Positions 19,649 through 42,841 of a stretch of DNA of 64,000 nt are shown here, piece after piece. The stretch lies in the NCBI RefSeq assembly GCF_009914755.1, contig NC_060930.1, one strand, 5' to 3'. The notes beneath the pieces are model-generated. The model saw only the letters and a program-made list of their open reading frames with translations. It did not search any database and had not been told where the DNA came from. The stretch is from the human T2T-CHM13v2.0 reference genome, Homo sapiens. Position 1 is the first letter of the stretch. Every line of letters begins with the position of its first letter. Both the position numbers and the translations under genes were made by a program.

Positions 19649-20661
19649 AGCTACAGGCACACACTGAAGCACTTTACTGATATTCATTCAATTATTCCAT
19701 AGGACAGTTGTTTGAGTTTGGTGCCACCTTATTGGCCCCTTTATACAGATAAGGAAACTGGGGTGTAGAAAAGTGTATTGACTTTACAAAGCAGACAGGA
19801 ATAGTGAACAACAGAGCTGGGATCTGAACAACAATGACTAACATTAATGGAGAATTTAAAACGTTCTGAGTGCTGTGTTATGAGCTTTGGTGGGTGTCAC
19901 TCCTTTAATCCTCACAACACCCTGTCAGGTAGTCTCATTTGGCAAGTATGGAAGCAGAGGCAGGGCAACATTAAGTAGCTTACATAACTCACACGGTAAT
20001 TTGTGCAGTTGGGAGATGTTCAGCTTCAGTCCCTGGCCAATTGCCCGTTCTTTTCCAGCCTGATTTTTCCTGCATGGGAAGAGCCCACATGTAGCCCTGA
20101 GGTTCCCTTCCCAGGACAGCTCCAGGATCGAGATCACTGTGAGTGGTTGTGGAGTTAAGACCCCTATGGACTCCTTCCCAGCTGATTATCAGAGCCTTAG
20201 ACCCAGCACTCCTTGGATTGGCTCTGCAGAGTGTCTTGGTTGAGAGAATAACGTTGCAGTTCCCACAGGGCATGTGACTTTGAAAGAGACTAGAGGCCAC
20301 ACTCAGTTAATAATGGGGCACAGATGTGTTCCCACCCAACAAATGTGATAAGTGATCGTGCAGCCAGAGCCAGCCTTCCTTCAGTCAAGGTTTCCAGGCA
20401 GAGCAAATACCCTAGAGATTCTCTGTAATATTGGTAATTTGGATGAAGGAAGCTAGAAGAATTACAGGGATGTTTTTAATCCCACTATGGACTCAGTCTC
20501 CTGGAAAAGGATCTGTCCACTCCTGGTCATTGGTGGATGTTAAACCCATATTCCTTTCAACTGCTGCCTGCTAGGGAAAACTGCTCCTCATTATCATCAC
20601 TATTATTGCTCACCACTGTATCCCCTCTACTGGGCAAGTGCTTGTCAAGTTCTAGTTGTTC

Positions 20662-20667
20662 AATAAA
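20662..20667 (+). terminator. BTN3A2 polyadenylation signal
   Basis: AATAAA conserved between paralogues, followed by a T/GT-rich element. Confidence 0.7.
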
Positions 20668-20829
20668 TTTGTTAATAATGCTGACTCTTCAACTTGGTTT
20701 TTTCTAGACTGTGGTGTCTACTCAGCACAGTAGAGTAGTCTACATACCCACTGTACTCCCCACAGTTTCAGTTTGCCTCACTGCAGCATTTTCACAAAAC
20801 CCTTATTGGATGCCTCTTCTATTGTTGCC

Positions 20830-21710
20830 ATCTGAATTACCAGAAATTCATAGATTTAAAGCAACACAAATCTATTATCTCACTGTTCTGTAGGTGAGAA
20901 GTCCCACAGGGATCTCACCAGGCTATAATCAAGGTGTCTGCAGGCTGGATTCCTTTCTGGAGTCTCTAAGGAAGAATCTATTTCCTTGCTTATTCAGATC
21001 GTTGGCAGAATCAGTTCCCTTCATTTACAGGAATGAGGTCCCAGTTGTTTCCTGGTTTATAGCCAGGGACTGTACCCACTTCTAGAGGCTGCCACACTCT
21101 GACTCTTAGCTCCCTTCCTCCATCTTCAAAGCAGCAACAGTACATTGAGTCTCCTCTCCTAGTTCTTTTTCTCCATTGTATCATTCTGATTCTTTTACCT
21201 TCTCCTTTTTTTCCTTCCTTTTATTTATTTATTTATTTATTGTTGACAGGGATTCGCTCTGTCACCCAGGATGAAGTGCAGTGGCGTGATCTCGGCTCAC
21301 TGCAAACTGTCCCCTGGGCTCAAGCAATCCACCCACTTCCGCTTCCCAAGTAGCTGAGACCACAGGCCCACATCACCATGCCCCGGTATTTTTTTTGTAG
21401 AGACAGGGTCTTGCCATGTTGCCCAGGCTGGTCTCAAACTCCTGAGCTCAAGAAATCTGTCCACCTTGGTCTCCCAAAGTGCTGGGATTATAGGCATGAG
21501 CCACGGCACTCAGTCTGCCTTTTACTTTTAAAGACTCCTGTGATTTGACTGAGTCCAACAGACAGTTTAGAATAATCTCTCTAATTTAAGGTCCATAATT
21601 TTAATTTTGTGTAACATCCATTTCGCCATGTTATACATTCTATTCATAAGTTTCTTAGTGGATATAACTCAAAGGGTGGGCGGGGGGGGGCACTACTCAG
21701 CTCACCACAC
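20830..21710 (-). mobile_element. MLT1-type MaLR LTR remnant interrupted by an Alu (about 21220-21516, - strand)
   Basis: TTTAAAGCAACACAAAT..TCTCACTGTTCTGTAGG..AATCAAGGTGTCTGCAGG signature; paralogue at about 57700-58290. Confidence 0.6.
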
Positions 21711-24026
21711 TGATTTGGGAAGTGATCCCAGGAAACACAAGTGCAGAAATAAATTGAGAAATGAAAGAAAGCCAATTACATGAGAAATGAGATAAAGAGT
21801 TCATTCATGAGTCAGTTATCATGTGGAAAACTTGGCTTAATCCCTTTTACGACTCTCTAAGAAACCATATGAAATGTGTGATATAGCTCAGAATCTTCCT
21901 AAGGACTACAGGGCCTGCGACTTTATCTCCACTTCCCATCCTCCTTTGCTTGAATTGTTTGAAGATTGGCCTGGGAGTGTTAATTCTAATGTACTTTAAG
22001 ATTGGGCTATGTAACTGCAGAAAAGCAACTATCATGGGTGTGATAAAGCTCACAGGCAAAGGAGAAGGGAGATACTCACTGGAGGTGGGAAGGTTGTCAT
22101 CTTTGCAGAAAACTGTGCCTCAGCTATTGGCAAACTGTGATAGGCCAAGAGAATAAGGGATGGGGCATCAACAGCATCAGTTATAAGGGCTCACCTCTGA
22201 GAATATAGTGAATGCCTTTCAAGGTCTCTCTGCCCTCCCTGCACCACATTTATTTAGCATTAGTGACCTCTTGTCTTCCAATACATGCCCATATCACATG
22301 GCCCTGCAGCCTCACCACATGGACTGGGTCTAGGATGGACACTGACCCAGGCTAGGCCAGAGGACTAAGTGACATGTGGCTAGTTACTCCTGTAACAGAT
22401 GTGCATGGGAGCTGTGGGAAGAAATGTTCCATTCATGCTGTGGACTAAAGGATGGTGGACTGCAGAGAAGACCAAAGCAGATGAGCAGAGAGAAGGCTCC
22501 AAATGGAGAGCTTAGGCAATTTTATCATGTTTGTTTCTTTTAGAAGCCCAATATCATTTCTTCTCTTTGAAAAAATTTGTTGTGTTGAGACAAGGTAAAT
22601 GTACTAGTTAATATTGCGGCAGTTGTAAAATTTGGAAGCTTACATAAGCATTATAATATGCTCATTGATTCTGTGAGTCAGGAAACTAAAATTTGAACAG
22701 GACAAAGTAGAAATGGATTTTCTGTGTGCCAAGATGCCTGTGGATCCCCTCGGAGTACTCCATAGCTGGAGATGACACACCCATATTACTTTCAAAGATT
22801 GGAGTTTATTGCACAGCAACAGTGAATCATTGCTCACTCCGGGTCCCGGTTCTTCCAGGATTGGCAGGTACACCATGTCCATAAAGAATCTTTCTGAAGT
22901 GACCCTTCCTGTCTCTTTTTCCATCCCAGGACACAGTATGATTGGGTTAGATCATTACTATCTAACCTGGCACACCCCAGTAGAACCTGGTTTCTTGCTA
23001 AGCTACCCCATGGCCAAATGATCCTCTTCCTTCTCAGAACACACATGTTTCCCTCCTGCTCAGATGAACTTTGGCAGAGGTTGAGGCCTGGCTTAGCTGG
23101 ATGCTTCTTGCACAAGCTGCTTCAAAGCCCTGGGTCTTATTTCTTCAAATAAAAATATAAAGTCAGGTCTCATCCTGGGTGGCCATGCTCTTAGACACTT
23201 GCATCCTTCTCTTCTGTCCTTTCCCAACAGCTGCCCAGTCCTGGTTGGAATATTCTAATACTGACATAATTACCCTCATTAGCCACTCAACCCAGGATCC
23301 AATTTTAATTATAATCCAGAAATATCAGGTGATGAGTGAGGCTTCTGTATGAGAATGGGACAGTTCAAGTGTCAATTCAATAGTAAAAACACTTCTTAGG
23401 CCTTTCTTTATCTTATTCTCATCAAAGAGCTTTCTCTGCAGAAGGGACCTACTGGTTCATCCTTCCTGGTCCTTGATCTTCTGATCTAGAGTGGCTTAAT
23501 AGTGCTGCCACCTCTCTCTCGAACTCTGGTGCCGAATGATTCCAGGAACTGGGCCATCCTGTGGTGGGAATGACCTTACCCTGAGCATGTCACTCATGCA
23601 TTGAACAACAGCTGAGAGCAGAGCTTAGAGTTGGGCCTTGTAAGGAGAGAAGAATCACATCCTGCAGAAGTCTGTCCTGAGGAACAGGTACTCCAGTCAC
23701 AGCAAAGACACAGTTGATACCTGGATAACAATAATAGAAGACAGGACATGGGAACAGCAAAAGATATGGGTGTTAGAAGAGGCCGAGAGCACTTCAGGCA
23801 GGAGCATTCAGAGTTGTTCTTGGAGGAAGTAGGCACGAAGGCTGGGCAGGATTTCAAGGGGCAAAGATGGAGCAAGCAATTCAAGTGAAAGGCATGGCAT
23901 GGGAAAGGGAGCGCTGGCCACAGGGAGTGCAACGTTGTGATGCAAGGCCACTGTGGAGCCATTGCTAGTGTATTAACTGCAAAGTTTTGAATTGAATCAG
24001 AAGGGAATTGGAGGCCTCTAGACTAA

Positions 24027-24358
<332 letters not shown>

Positions 24359-24959
24359 CAGACTAAGTATTTAGACATTTGAGGGGATTATTGACAACTG
24401 GGCCTTGGGAAGATTATTCTGGAAGATATCTATACAATGACAAGATTGGATTCTGTGGGGGAGGGATTATGTTCATGGGGAGGAGGTTATGTGTGCTGGT
24501 GTGTGTGTGTGGTCCTTGGACTTAACCCCACCACCTACTGGCAGAAGGTCAAGGTCAACTGAAAGTCTTTGCTCACTTCCATCTTCTGCCTCCACCAGAA
24601 TACCACCTCCCCGTGGGAAAGGGTTTTTAATCCTCACTCAGTATTCTCAGCACGTCTTATCCAATAGCTTTGGAGTGAACAACAAGACCTTCATAACAGC
24701 CACTGCAACTGCTGTCACCTTTCCTTTGCTACCCCTCCCACTCCAGCCATGCCTGCTTCCCCCAAGGCCTCCCGCGCACCAGGCCCAACCTTCAAAGCCA
24801 GCAACATGAACAAGAGTCCTCTGGCTTTGGAAAGACGGCGGCTTATGTTTTCCTCCTCATGTTTCCTCCCCAGCAAAATCACTCTACATAGAGAGCCCTC
24901 TCCTCGTCTACACCAGCAAAGCCACTGACACCTTGGGGATCTCAAGGCTTTGTAAAAGA

Positions 24960-24996
24960 ACGGAAGGAAAGAAAGAAAGAGAGAGAGAGAGAAGGA

Positions 24997-25052
<56 letters not shown>

Positions 25053-25275
25053 GAAAGAAAGAAAGGAAGGAGAAGAGAAGGAAGAGAAAGAGAGAAAGGA
25101 AGAGAGAGGAAGGAAGGAAGGAAGAAAAAAGAAAGAAAGCGAGAAAGAAAGAAAGAATAAAGTGAGAGAGAGACATATGAAAGAAAGAAAGAAAGAAAAA
25201 GAGAATGAGAAAGGAAAGAAGGAAGCAAGGAAGGAAGGAAGAAAGGAAGGAAGAAAGGAAAATAAAGGAAAAAAG
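24960..25275 (+). repeat. Polypurine (GAAA)n/(GGAA)n/(GA)n compound repeat upstream of the BTN2A2 promoter
   Basis: Directly visible. Confidence 0.97.
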
Positions 25276-25376
25276 TCTTGCTTCCAAAGACAGAAAAAGG
25301 AAATAGAAATACCTAATAATCCCAAAAGGTTATTTGCTGCTTGAGATTTTTGGGGGGTTTTTGTGTGTGTATTCTA

Positions 25377-25440
25377 CCTAGTAACAGCTGAGAAATAAGG
25401 CTCGAGACACCATTGGTTGGTTCAGCCTCACTCGGCCAAT
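25377..25440 (+). promoter_or_regulatory. BTN2A2 promoter X-Y module (RFX/NF-Y, CIITA-type)
   Basis: CCTAGTAACAGCTG 25377-25390, ATTGG 25412-25416, second CCAAT 25436-25440. Confidence 0.8.
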
Positions 25441-25469
25441 CCTGGGCTCTAAACTGCTCAGTGGAAATC

Positions 25470-25545
25470 TTGGGACTTTTTGGACACCCAGAGAACAGGT
25501 CCCAGATACCGAGTCCGCAACTCCAAACATCGCGATTAATAGGAG
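25470..25545 (+). other. BTN2A2: BTN2A2 non-coding exon 1 (5' end approximate; alternative donor at 25663/25664)
   Basis: GGAG|gtgaac at 25546 and GAG|gttagt at 25664; acceptor cctag| at 26155. Confidence 0.6.
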
Positions 25546-26185
25546 GTGAACACAGCTTTTCTCTTCTCTTTGGGATGCTTTGTTGTCTGGTGGTGACTGT
25601 GCCCATGGGTGAGTTGTATCGGAAAATCGTCATGTGAGGATCAGAGGGGAAAAGAAAACAGAGGTTAGTTCTAGAAGGTAGGAAAGGGAGAGGAGGCGCT
25701 ACAGCTCCGGGGTGGGGGCGGTAGCTGGGGGCGGTAGGTGCGGGGAGCGGGATCTGCTCTGGAGAGGAGAGGGGGACCTGGGAGACAGGAAGCCTACTGG
25801 TGGGGAGGCGCAGCCTCGCCTGGCTTTACCTCGAGTGTCCCGACCTGGGTCTCGGGGAGGGGGAAGTGGAGGGACGAGGGTGTGAAAGAATCCAGGGACA
25901 ACTGAAGAAACCGGACTGTGGCCCGAGAAGTGGGAAGAGGAAGGAGGAAAACGGCCCCCTTGATCTCTGCATTGATGGCTTACTTATGGAATGTTTACGG
26001 AATCCCTCTTTCGGAGATACCTGAGCCTTGAGATGCAAGCGACTCCCAGAAGTTGGGGCACCGATGAGACCTACTTGAGTGACAGGAGAGGTTGGGCCCG
26101 ACCAGCACTGAGGTGCCAAGACTCCTAGGCTGATTCTCCTCCTCTGTAACCCTAGGCCTCTGGTCTCTGCCTGCCCTGGGTGCTC

Positions 26186-35331
<9,146 letters not shown>

Positions 35332-36113
35332 AATCAATTCCTTGGACTCACAGCCATGCAGATAAGCCCTGGCCATCTCAGCAGCCACCGCACAACCCCC
35401 CTAATGAAAGACACGCCCTCCTCCCCTCTGGTCACGTAAGAGAACATCTTCCAGCTGCCTTTTTCACACCCACTCCAGCCCTCTGCCCCAGTTTTCTCCT
35501 CCTCACTAGTCTGTGGCTTTAGTAGTTCCTTTGCTTGTAATTATGGGATGGGATCCAGGCATAGGGAACTAGTTGTTTCATAGCTCCCAGTCAAAAAGAA
35601 AGTGAGAGAAGCTGTTGGGCAGCGAACCTACTGTTTAAAATCAGGATAACCACATTAAGCCCAATATGCCAGTTGGCACCAGATGCTGTGGACTTGGAAT
35701 GAGGCCAACAGGGTTCACCAGGATGAGAGAGGAGAGAGGAATCCACAGGACCACCAGAAGGGAGAGGGAACCAGATATGCAGATCAGAGATAGAGGAAGT
35801 GGAACCAGAGAGCTGGGAGGGACCAAGGTTGTAAGGATGGCTAAGTCCCACCATAAGAGCTAAAGGGTCCTGGGAGATGATGGCTCATTTCCACCCAACC
35901 CCAGGATTTCCACAGCACACACCCACAGGCCTGGACCTGGGATGAAGATGAATGAAGAACATGGACTCATGTGGATGTGGTTTGGCTCAGATGTCCCTGC
36001 AATAAACAAGGGGTCAGTACTTAGTCCCTGAGTGTGGTTGAGGTTTGAGGTCCTGGTCGAGCAGGGCAGTACTGGACCAGGTCTACGTCAGCATTCAGGT
36101 TCAATGGGGACAC

Positions 36114-36616
36114 CAGTGGCTTCAAACTTCCTGATCTAATTATGTTTTTAGACACTTAGAAGTTATTGAGGACTTTAAAGAGCTTTTGTTTATTTGGGTT
36201 AATATTTATGACATTTGACATTGAAACAAAAATTTAAAATGTTATCTTTTAATTTATGTTAAAATAGCATTAATAAATCAGTTATAGGTTAATGTAGATA
36301 GGATGTTTTGTGAAAAAGCAATCTATTGTGTCCAAATAAAAAAACAAAAAGTGTGACACTGGTTAACTTTTTCCAGATCTCATGTCTGGCTTAATAAGAG
36401 ATATTTGTATTATCATATCTGCCTTTGTATTAAACCTATTGGTATATCATAGGTCATGTTAGCTCAAAAAAACTTTACTGCACACTACTGAGAGAATGAG
36501 ATGAAAAACGATTAATGTTTCATTATTATTATTGTGAAAATATTATTAACACTGGGGACTCCTTAAGAGTACATCAGAGTTCTCTCTAGGAATCCCAAAA
36601 CCACATTTTGAAACTA
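36114..36616. mobile_element. hAT-Charlie-like DNA transposon remnant in the BTN2A2 3' region
   Basis: CAGTGG start and TTATTGAGGAC..AAAGAGCTTTTGTTTAT motif recalled from Charlie1-type elements. Confidence 0.45.
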
Positions 36617-36643
36617 GAATAGTGGATCCTGGAAGTTAATCCA

Positions 36644-37221
36644 TGTGCTGGTTAATTTTAGATGTCAACCTGACTGGATTAAGGAATACCTAGACAGCTG
36701 GTACAACATTATTTCTGGGTGTGTCTGTGAGTGTGTTTCCAGAAGAGATTGGCAAGTGAGTCAGTGGGAAATTCTCTCCTTCTGTTGGCTGGGTGCCCAA
36801 TACAACAAAAAGGCAGAGGAAAGGCAAATTCTTCTCTCCTCTGGAGCTGAGACACTCTTCTTCTTCTGCCCTTGGACATCAGAACTCCTGGCTCTCCGGC
36901 CTTTGAACTTCAGGACTTGTACCAGGAGGCCCTGGGTTCTCAGGCCTTTGGCTTTGGACTGAGAGTTACACAATCAGCTTCCCTGGTTCTGAGGCTTTCA
37001 GACTTAAACTGAGCCATGCTACCAGCATCCCAGGGTCTCCAGCCTACAGATGAGCTGTTGTGCGATTTCTTAGCCTCCATAATCACATGAGCCAATCTCC
37101 TTAATAAATGCCTGCTCATAGATCTGTATCTACATCTATATCTGTATGTGCATCTATATCTATGCCTATATCTATATCTATATCATATTGATTTTGTCTC
37201 TCTGGAGAACCCTGACTAATA
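36644..37221 (+). mobile_element. MLT2 (ERVL) solo LTR
   Basis: TGTGCTGGTTAATTTTAGATGTCAAC...CTGGAGAACCCTGACTAATA termini. Confidence 0.85.
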
Positions 37222-37425
37222 AAATGAGGCATCTAAAATTCTAGCTTGAATGGTAGTATTTTAGGTTTTAGACAATTCAGTAATCCAGTTGGACTGAAAA
37301 AATTTAAGTAATCAAAAATTTTATTACTGCAGTTACAAATAGACACAATATTGAAAGAATCAGGAGTGATTTTTTCAATACCTGATTTGTAAAGATGGAA
37401 AGCAAGGTTGTTTGTGTTAATGTGT

Positions 37426-37657
37426 ATGTCTTAGTCTATGTGGGCAGCTATAACAAAAATATCACCAAGACTGAATGGTTTGTAAACAACAGAAATTTAT
37501 TTCTTGCAATTCTGCAGGCTGGGAAATCTAAGATCAACACCCCAGCATAATGGTGTGTGGTGAGGGCCCATAGACTTGTTCACATGCCAAAGGATAAAGA
37601 TAGATCTGTAGGGTCTCTTTTGGAAGGACACTAATGACATTCATTAGGGCTCCCTCA
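37426..37657 (-). mobile_element. MLT1 LTR fragment, cut off at the duplication boundary
   Basis: TGTCTTAGTC...GCTATAACAAAA...AAACAACAGAAATTTATTTCT. Confidence 0.65.
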
Positions 37658-39669
37658 ACCTCAGAGAGAAAATAGAAGGAGGAGATTCCAAACTTCCTGC
37701 TGCTGCCCTGACCTGCTCCTGCCCCTCCTCATCTATTTTCTCTGATTTAAGAAGCAGGTATCCTTTCCCCTGTGTCAGGCTAATTCTCCATCCACACCCT
37801 GGACTCTCACTCTCCAGTTTCCCTTAGGACTTCTGTGTTCAGTTCATTCATTCATTCAACAAAAATCAATGAGTACTAACTACATGCCAATCAGTGTTCT
37901 TGGTACTGGGGGCAGAGAAGTGCACAAAGTGTAAAGTCCCATTCCTTATCATTGTAGAAGACAGAAAACAAAATAAGTAGTAACAGATATGGTGTGTTGG
38001 ATGATGATAACTGCTCAGGAGATAAATAAATCAGGGGAAGGAATATAGGAAATCACAATTTCTAAAAGAGTGGTAATGAGCAATGGGAGTGAGGCACAGA
38101 ATACCTGGGAGAAAAGCATTCTAAGTTGAGAGAACAGCAGTGCCAGAGCACAGAGGCAGAAGCACTGTGGTTTGTGTGAAGAACAGCAATGAGGCTGGGG
38201 TGGGCAGAGCACACAGGGTGATCAGGAGATTAGGAGGTGACAAGGCCAGAGGGGGTTGAGGGCCAGATCATATATGGCCTTGAAAGTCATCATGCTGACC
38301 TGGGCTTTACCTCTCAGAGGGGAGCCACAGGAAGGTTAAAGCAGAAAAAGGACTGGACTTACTTACATTTTAAGAAGTTACTTCACATGCTAGACTGAGA
38401 TGGGCTGTGGGTAGGGGTGGTGGATGGAGGCCTGAAGACCCAGCTGGGAGCTACTGCAGTGATCCAGGGGAAAGATGCAGATGACTTGTACCAGGGAGGA
38501 GCCATGAAAATGTTATGATGCTGGATTTATTTTCAAGACAGAGTAAAAAGGCTTTGCTGATAAACTTACAGGTGGGGTATGAAAAAGGAGGGCATCAAGG
38601 GTGACCACAAGGTTTTGGTCCTAAGAAATGGTACAAATGGAGTTGCCACTTACTGAGATGAGGAAACTGAGGGAGAAGCAGGTTTTGGAGGCCAGGGGAG
38701 GAGCCAGCATAGAATCCAAGGTCAGTTTTGGATACGTTCAGGTTGAGGAGCTTACTAGAGATCCCCGTGGAGATGCAGAGTAGGCAGGTCAGTAATAAAT
38801 GTGTAGTCCAGGCAACGGGTCAGGGCTGGAAACACAAGTTTTTCTCTTTATCTTCTTTATCTGCATGTTTGTTGTCATGCCTGTTTCACTTTAATGCATT
38901 AGTGATCTATTGCTGCATAACAAATTACCACAAACTTAGTGGTTTAAAACAGCACACATTTATCATTTCAGTTTCTGTGGGTCAGAAGTCCAGGCAGAAC
39001 TTAGTGAGCTCCTCTGCTCAGAACTTCACAGAGCAAAAGTCAAGGTGTTGGCCAGGCTGTAGCCTCATCTAGAGTCTCGACTGTGGGAGAGTCCTCTTTT
39101 CAGATCACTCAGGTTGTTAACAGAGTTCATTTCTTTACAGTTGTAGGACTGAGGGCCCCAACTCCTTGCAGGCTGAAGCTGGAGGTTGCTCTCAGCTCCT
39201 ACAGGCCTCCTCAGCTCCCTGCTGTGTGGATCCCCATGATGACTACTTTCCTCTTCATAGCCAACTAGGAAGACAGAGCCTCTAGAGTGGGTCAGCTAGC
39301 AAGAGAGAGTCTTACACTACATAGTGTAGTCATGGAAGGGACATCCCATCAGTTTTACCATATTTTATTGGTTAGCAGCAAGCCACAGGTTCAGCTCACA
39401 CTCAGGGAAAGTACAGGCTGCAAACTGCAAGAGGAGTAATCATAAGGGGTCCACTCCAGACTCTATCGGCTACATCATATAAGAAGCTCAATGTTCTCCC
39501 ATTGTAACTGCCCTGCTTCCTCTTTCCCTGGGCAATACAAACATGCTAACCTCTCTCTAGGTCTCTACTTTCATACAAGCAAAGTCTCAGAAAGAGAACA
39601 CATACATGGCCATCAGGGACTGTCTGCCATCATGATGGCCACTGCTGTACCACACCATAAACATTGTTT

Positions 39670-39985
<316 letters not shown>

Positions 39986-42450
39986 ATAAGCATTGTTTCT
40001 ATCAGTTACTAATGGTTTCCCAACCATTAAATCCGTTACACATTTCTATTTTCCCCTCCCACCCCCGTGCTTTCCTTTTTAGAGAGACAGGATCTTGCTC
40101 TGTCACACAGGCTAGAGTTCAGTGGTGTGATCATCGCTGACTGCTGCCTTGATCTCCTGGGCTCAAGCGATCCTCCTGCCTTAGCCTCCCACAGTGCTGG
40201 GATTATAGCTGTGAGACACTGGGCCTCGCTTGTCATTATACACTTCTGTCCTTCCTTTATGGACAACACTGAGTTCTTCATAGACCTGCCTGAGTAGGTG
40301 TTCCTGCCTATGTGGCGTCTGCCTCATCAATCCCCAGGGCCCTCTTCTTGGCCTTTCCCTGCTCCTAGGGAGATCTTTCTCAGAATTCTTGCTTCACTTG
40401 CTCCAGAACTGCTGATATTCCTTAGGCTTTCGTCTTGGCCTCTCTTTTCACACCACATATGCTCTTGTGGGGTCCAATCCGTTTTCAAAGCTCTATCCCA
40501 TAAGCAGACTCCCACCAGCACTTGCATTTCTGTCTCCAGCCCCACGCATTCCCTGAATGCCCACTAGACATCTCACAATGAGTGTGTCCAAAACTAAATT
40601 CCCATCAACCCTGCCTACCCATCATTAACTGAATGAGTGACACCACCTAAGAGTCATTTCAGCCTTCTCATGCTCTCTTTTACCTACCACTTCTGACTGA
40701 TAGCCAGGCCCTGCTATTTATACTTCCTTTCAATAGTCTAGCTCAGTGGTTTCATCACAGACTCTGGAGTGAGACAGCCTGGACTCAAAGCCCAGCTTAG
40801 AAAGAAACTACTCATGTGGCCTTGGGGAGTTATTTAACCTCTCTGGACCTCAGATTTTATATCTATTAAATGTGCGAAATAAGGTTTCTACCTCTTAGGG
40901 TTGTCATGAGTCGTATTAATACATGTAAATCTCTTAGCACAATACCAGCATGGTAGCAGGTTCTATGTAAGTATTTCCTAGTATTAAAGTTAGTAATCAA
41001 TAAAGTCTCCTATCCCCCATTGCCAAGCCACCATAATTTCTTGCCTAGACTGTCACAGTAGCTTCCTTCCTGGTCTCCCTATCTCCTAACATCTGGCCCA
41101 CCGGATGAGGATGGGATATATTGTGCAACCCCAGCAGACATCATCCCATAGAATACAATGTAAATGGCACCTCCTTCCTCCCATCTTCCCTGCACCTACC
41201 TCACTTCTATTTTAAACATACACATTTCCTCATGTCAAACTTTTCAGATATTTTCCCTTCACCTTCCCACTAAAACTCCAACTCCACAGCAGACATCTGT
41301 TGATGTTGTCTCCAGGGGAAGTGGATTTAGGACTCATCAATGCAGGGATCAGAATTGAGCCTTTCAGAATGGAAGACAATGAAATTCATTGAGGGTTACT
41401 ACTTGCAGGGCCTGTGCTAACTGCTCCTTAAATAACTTATGGAACAGATCTCATTTCTGCCCTACAGATGAATAAACAGAGACCTTGAGTAATTAGTTAA
41501 CCGGCTTTGGGTTCCAGGGCTAATGAGTTGTGAATGAGAACAGATGAACATAGAAAAAAAAAATCTCGAGACAGTAGATAGTAAGGCAGTGTGCCTTGGA
41601 TGTGCTGACAGATATCTAGATACAGCATAAAGAAAATGTGTGTTCATGAGAGTTCTTAATGGCAACAAGAGGTAGCATGATATCCATGAGAAATGGACAT
41701 TTGTTGATGAGACTAACTAAACAAAGGAGACGGATTTCTGGGCATTTTTCAACACCTATTGCATGCAGGACACTGCACTAGGTCTTGTAAAAGACAAAGA
41801 GAAGATAGCATCAAGGGCCTAGGTCTTGAAGGAGGGCTGAGTACACTTTCACTAAGTGTACATTCTTGTGACATTTTTTTTTGATACACTGTTGTAAGCA
41901 AACTGCATGCATTATCTCATTCCATCCTCACAACAGCAACCCAAGAAGTCAAGTACTATCACTGTCCTTATTTTACAGATAGGGAAACTGGGCACAGAGA
42001 TGTTAGGTAACTGGCTCAAGGTCACGCAGGCCACCTAGCTTGAGAATTAGTGCTCTTATCCACTCCATTATGCAACTTCTACTCACTAATTTTGAACTTC
42101 AGTGCCTGAGAACTACTAGATGATAGGTTCTCAATAAAAATTTGTTGAATCACTGAATTCATTTCTGCCCCATTTCACATCCATTTCTTTCCCAAGATTT
42201 CTTTCCCAGAGTTCTGTGTGAAGGACTGCATGAGAAATGGAGCAAGGGGCCTGATACTTTGGAAACTACAAACTTGAGAGATATGAATTATTGGGCCCAG
42301 AAACTCCTAATCTGAAGCTTAGCACCTCAGCTGCTTCTTTGTGTCAAAGTGATTTGGATCCTTCAGGCAAGGGTGGGTGATCACTCTTACTGATATAATT
42401 TCAAGCAACACAGCTTCTGATAGACTATGAATTTAAAAATAAGCAAATGA

Positions 42451-42841
<391 letters not shown>

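Noticed and set aside
23594-23962. 122/123-aa minus-strand ORF conserved at 62517-62888
   Set aside because: The paralogous DNA is highly similar throughout this region, and there is no domain or splice evidence; conservation is not independent support.
24715-25325. Long F/L/S-rich and K/E/R-rich ORFs (up to 190 aa)
   Set aside because: Translations of the GAAA simple repeat; not genes.
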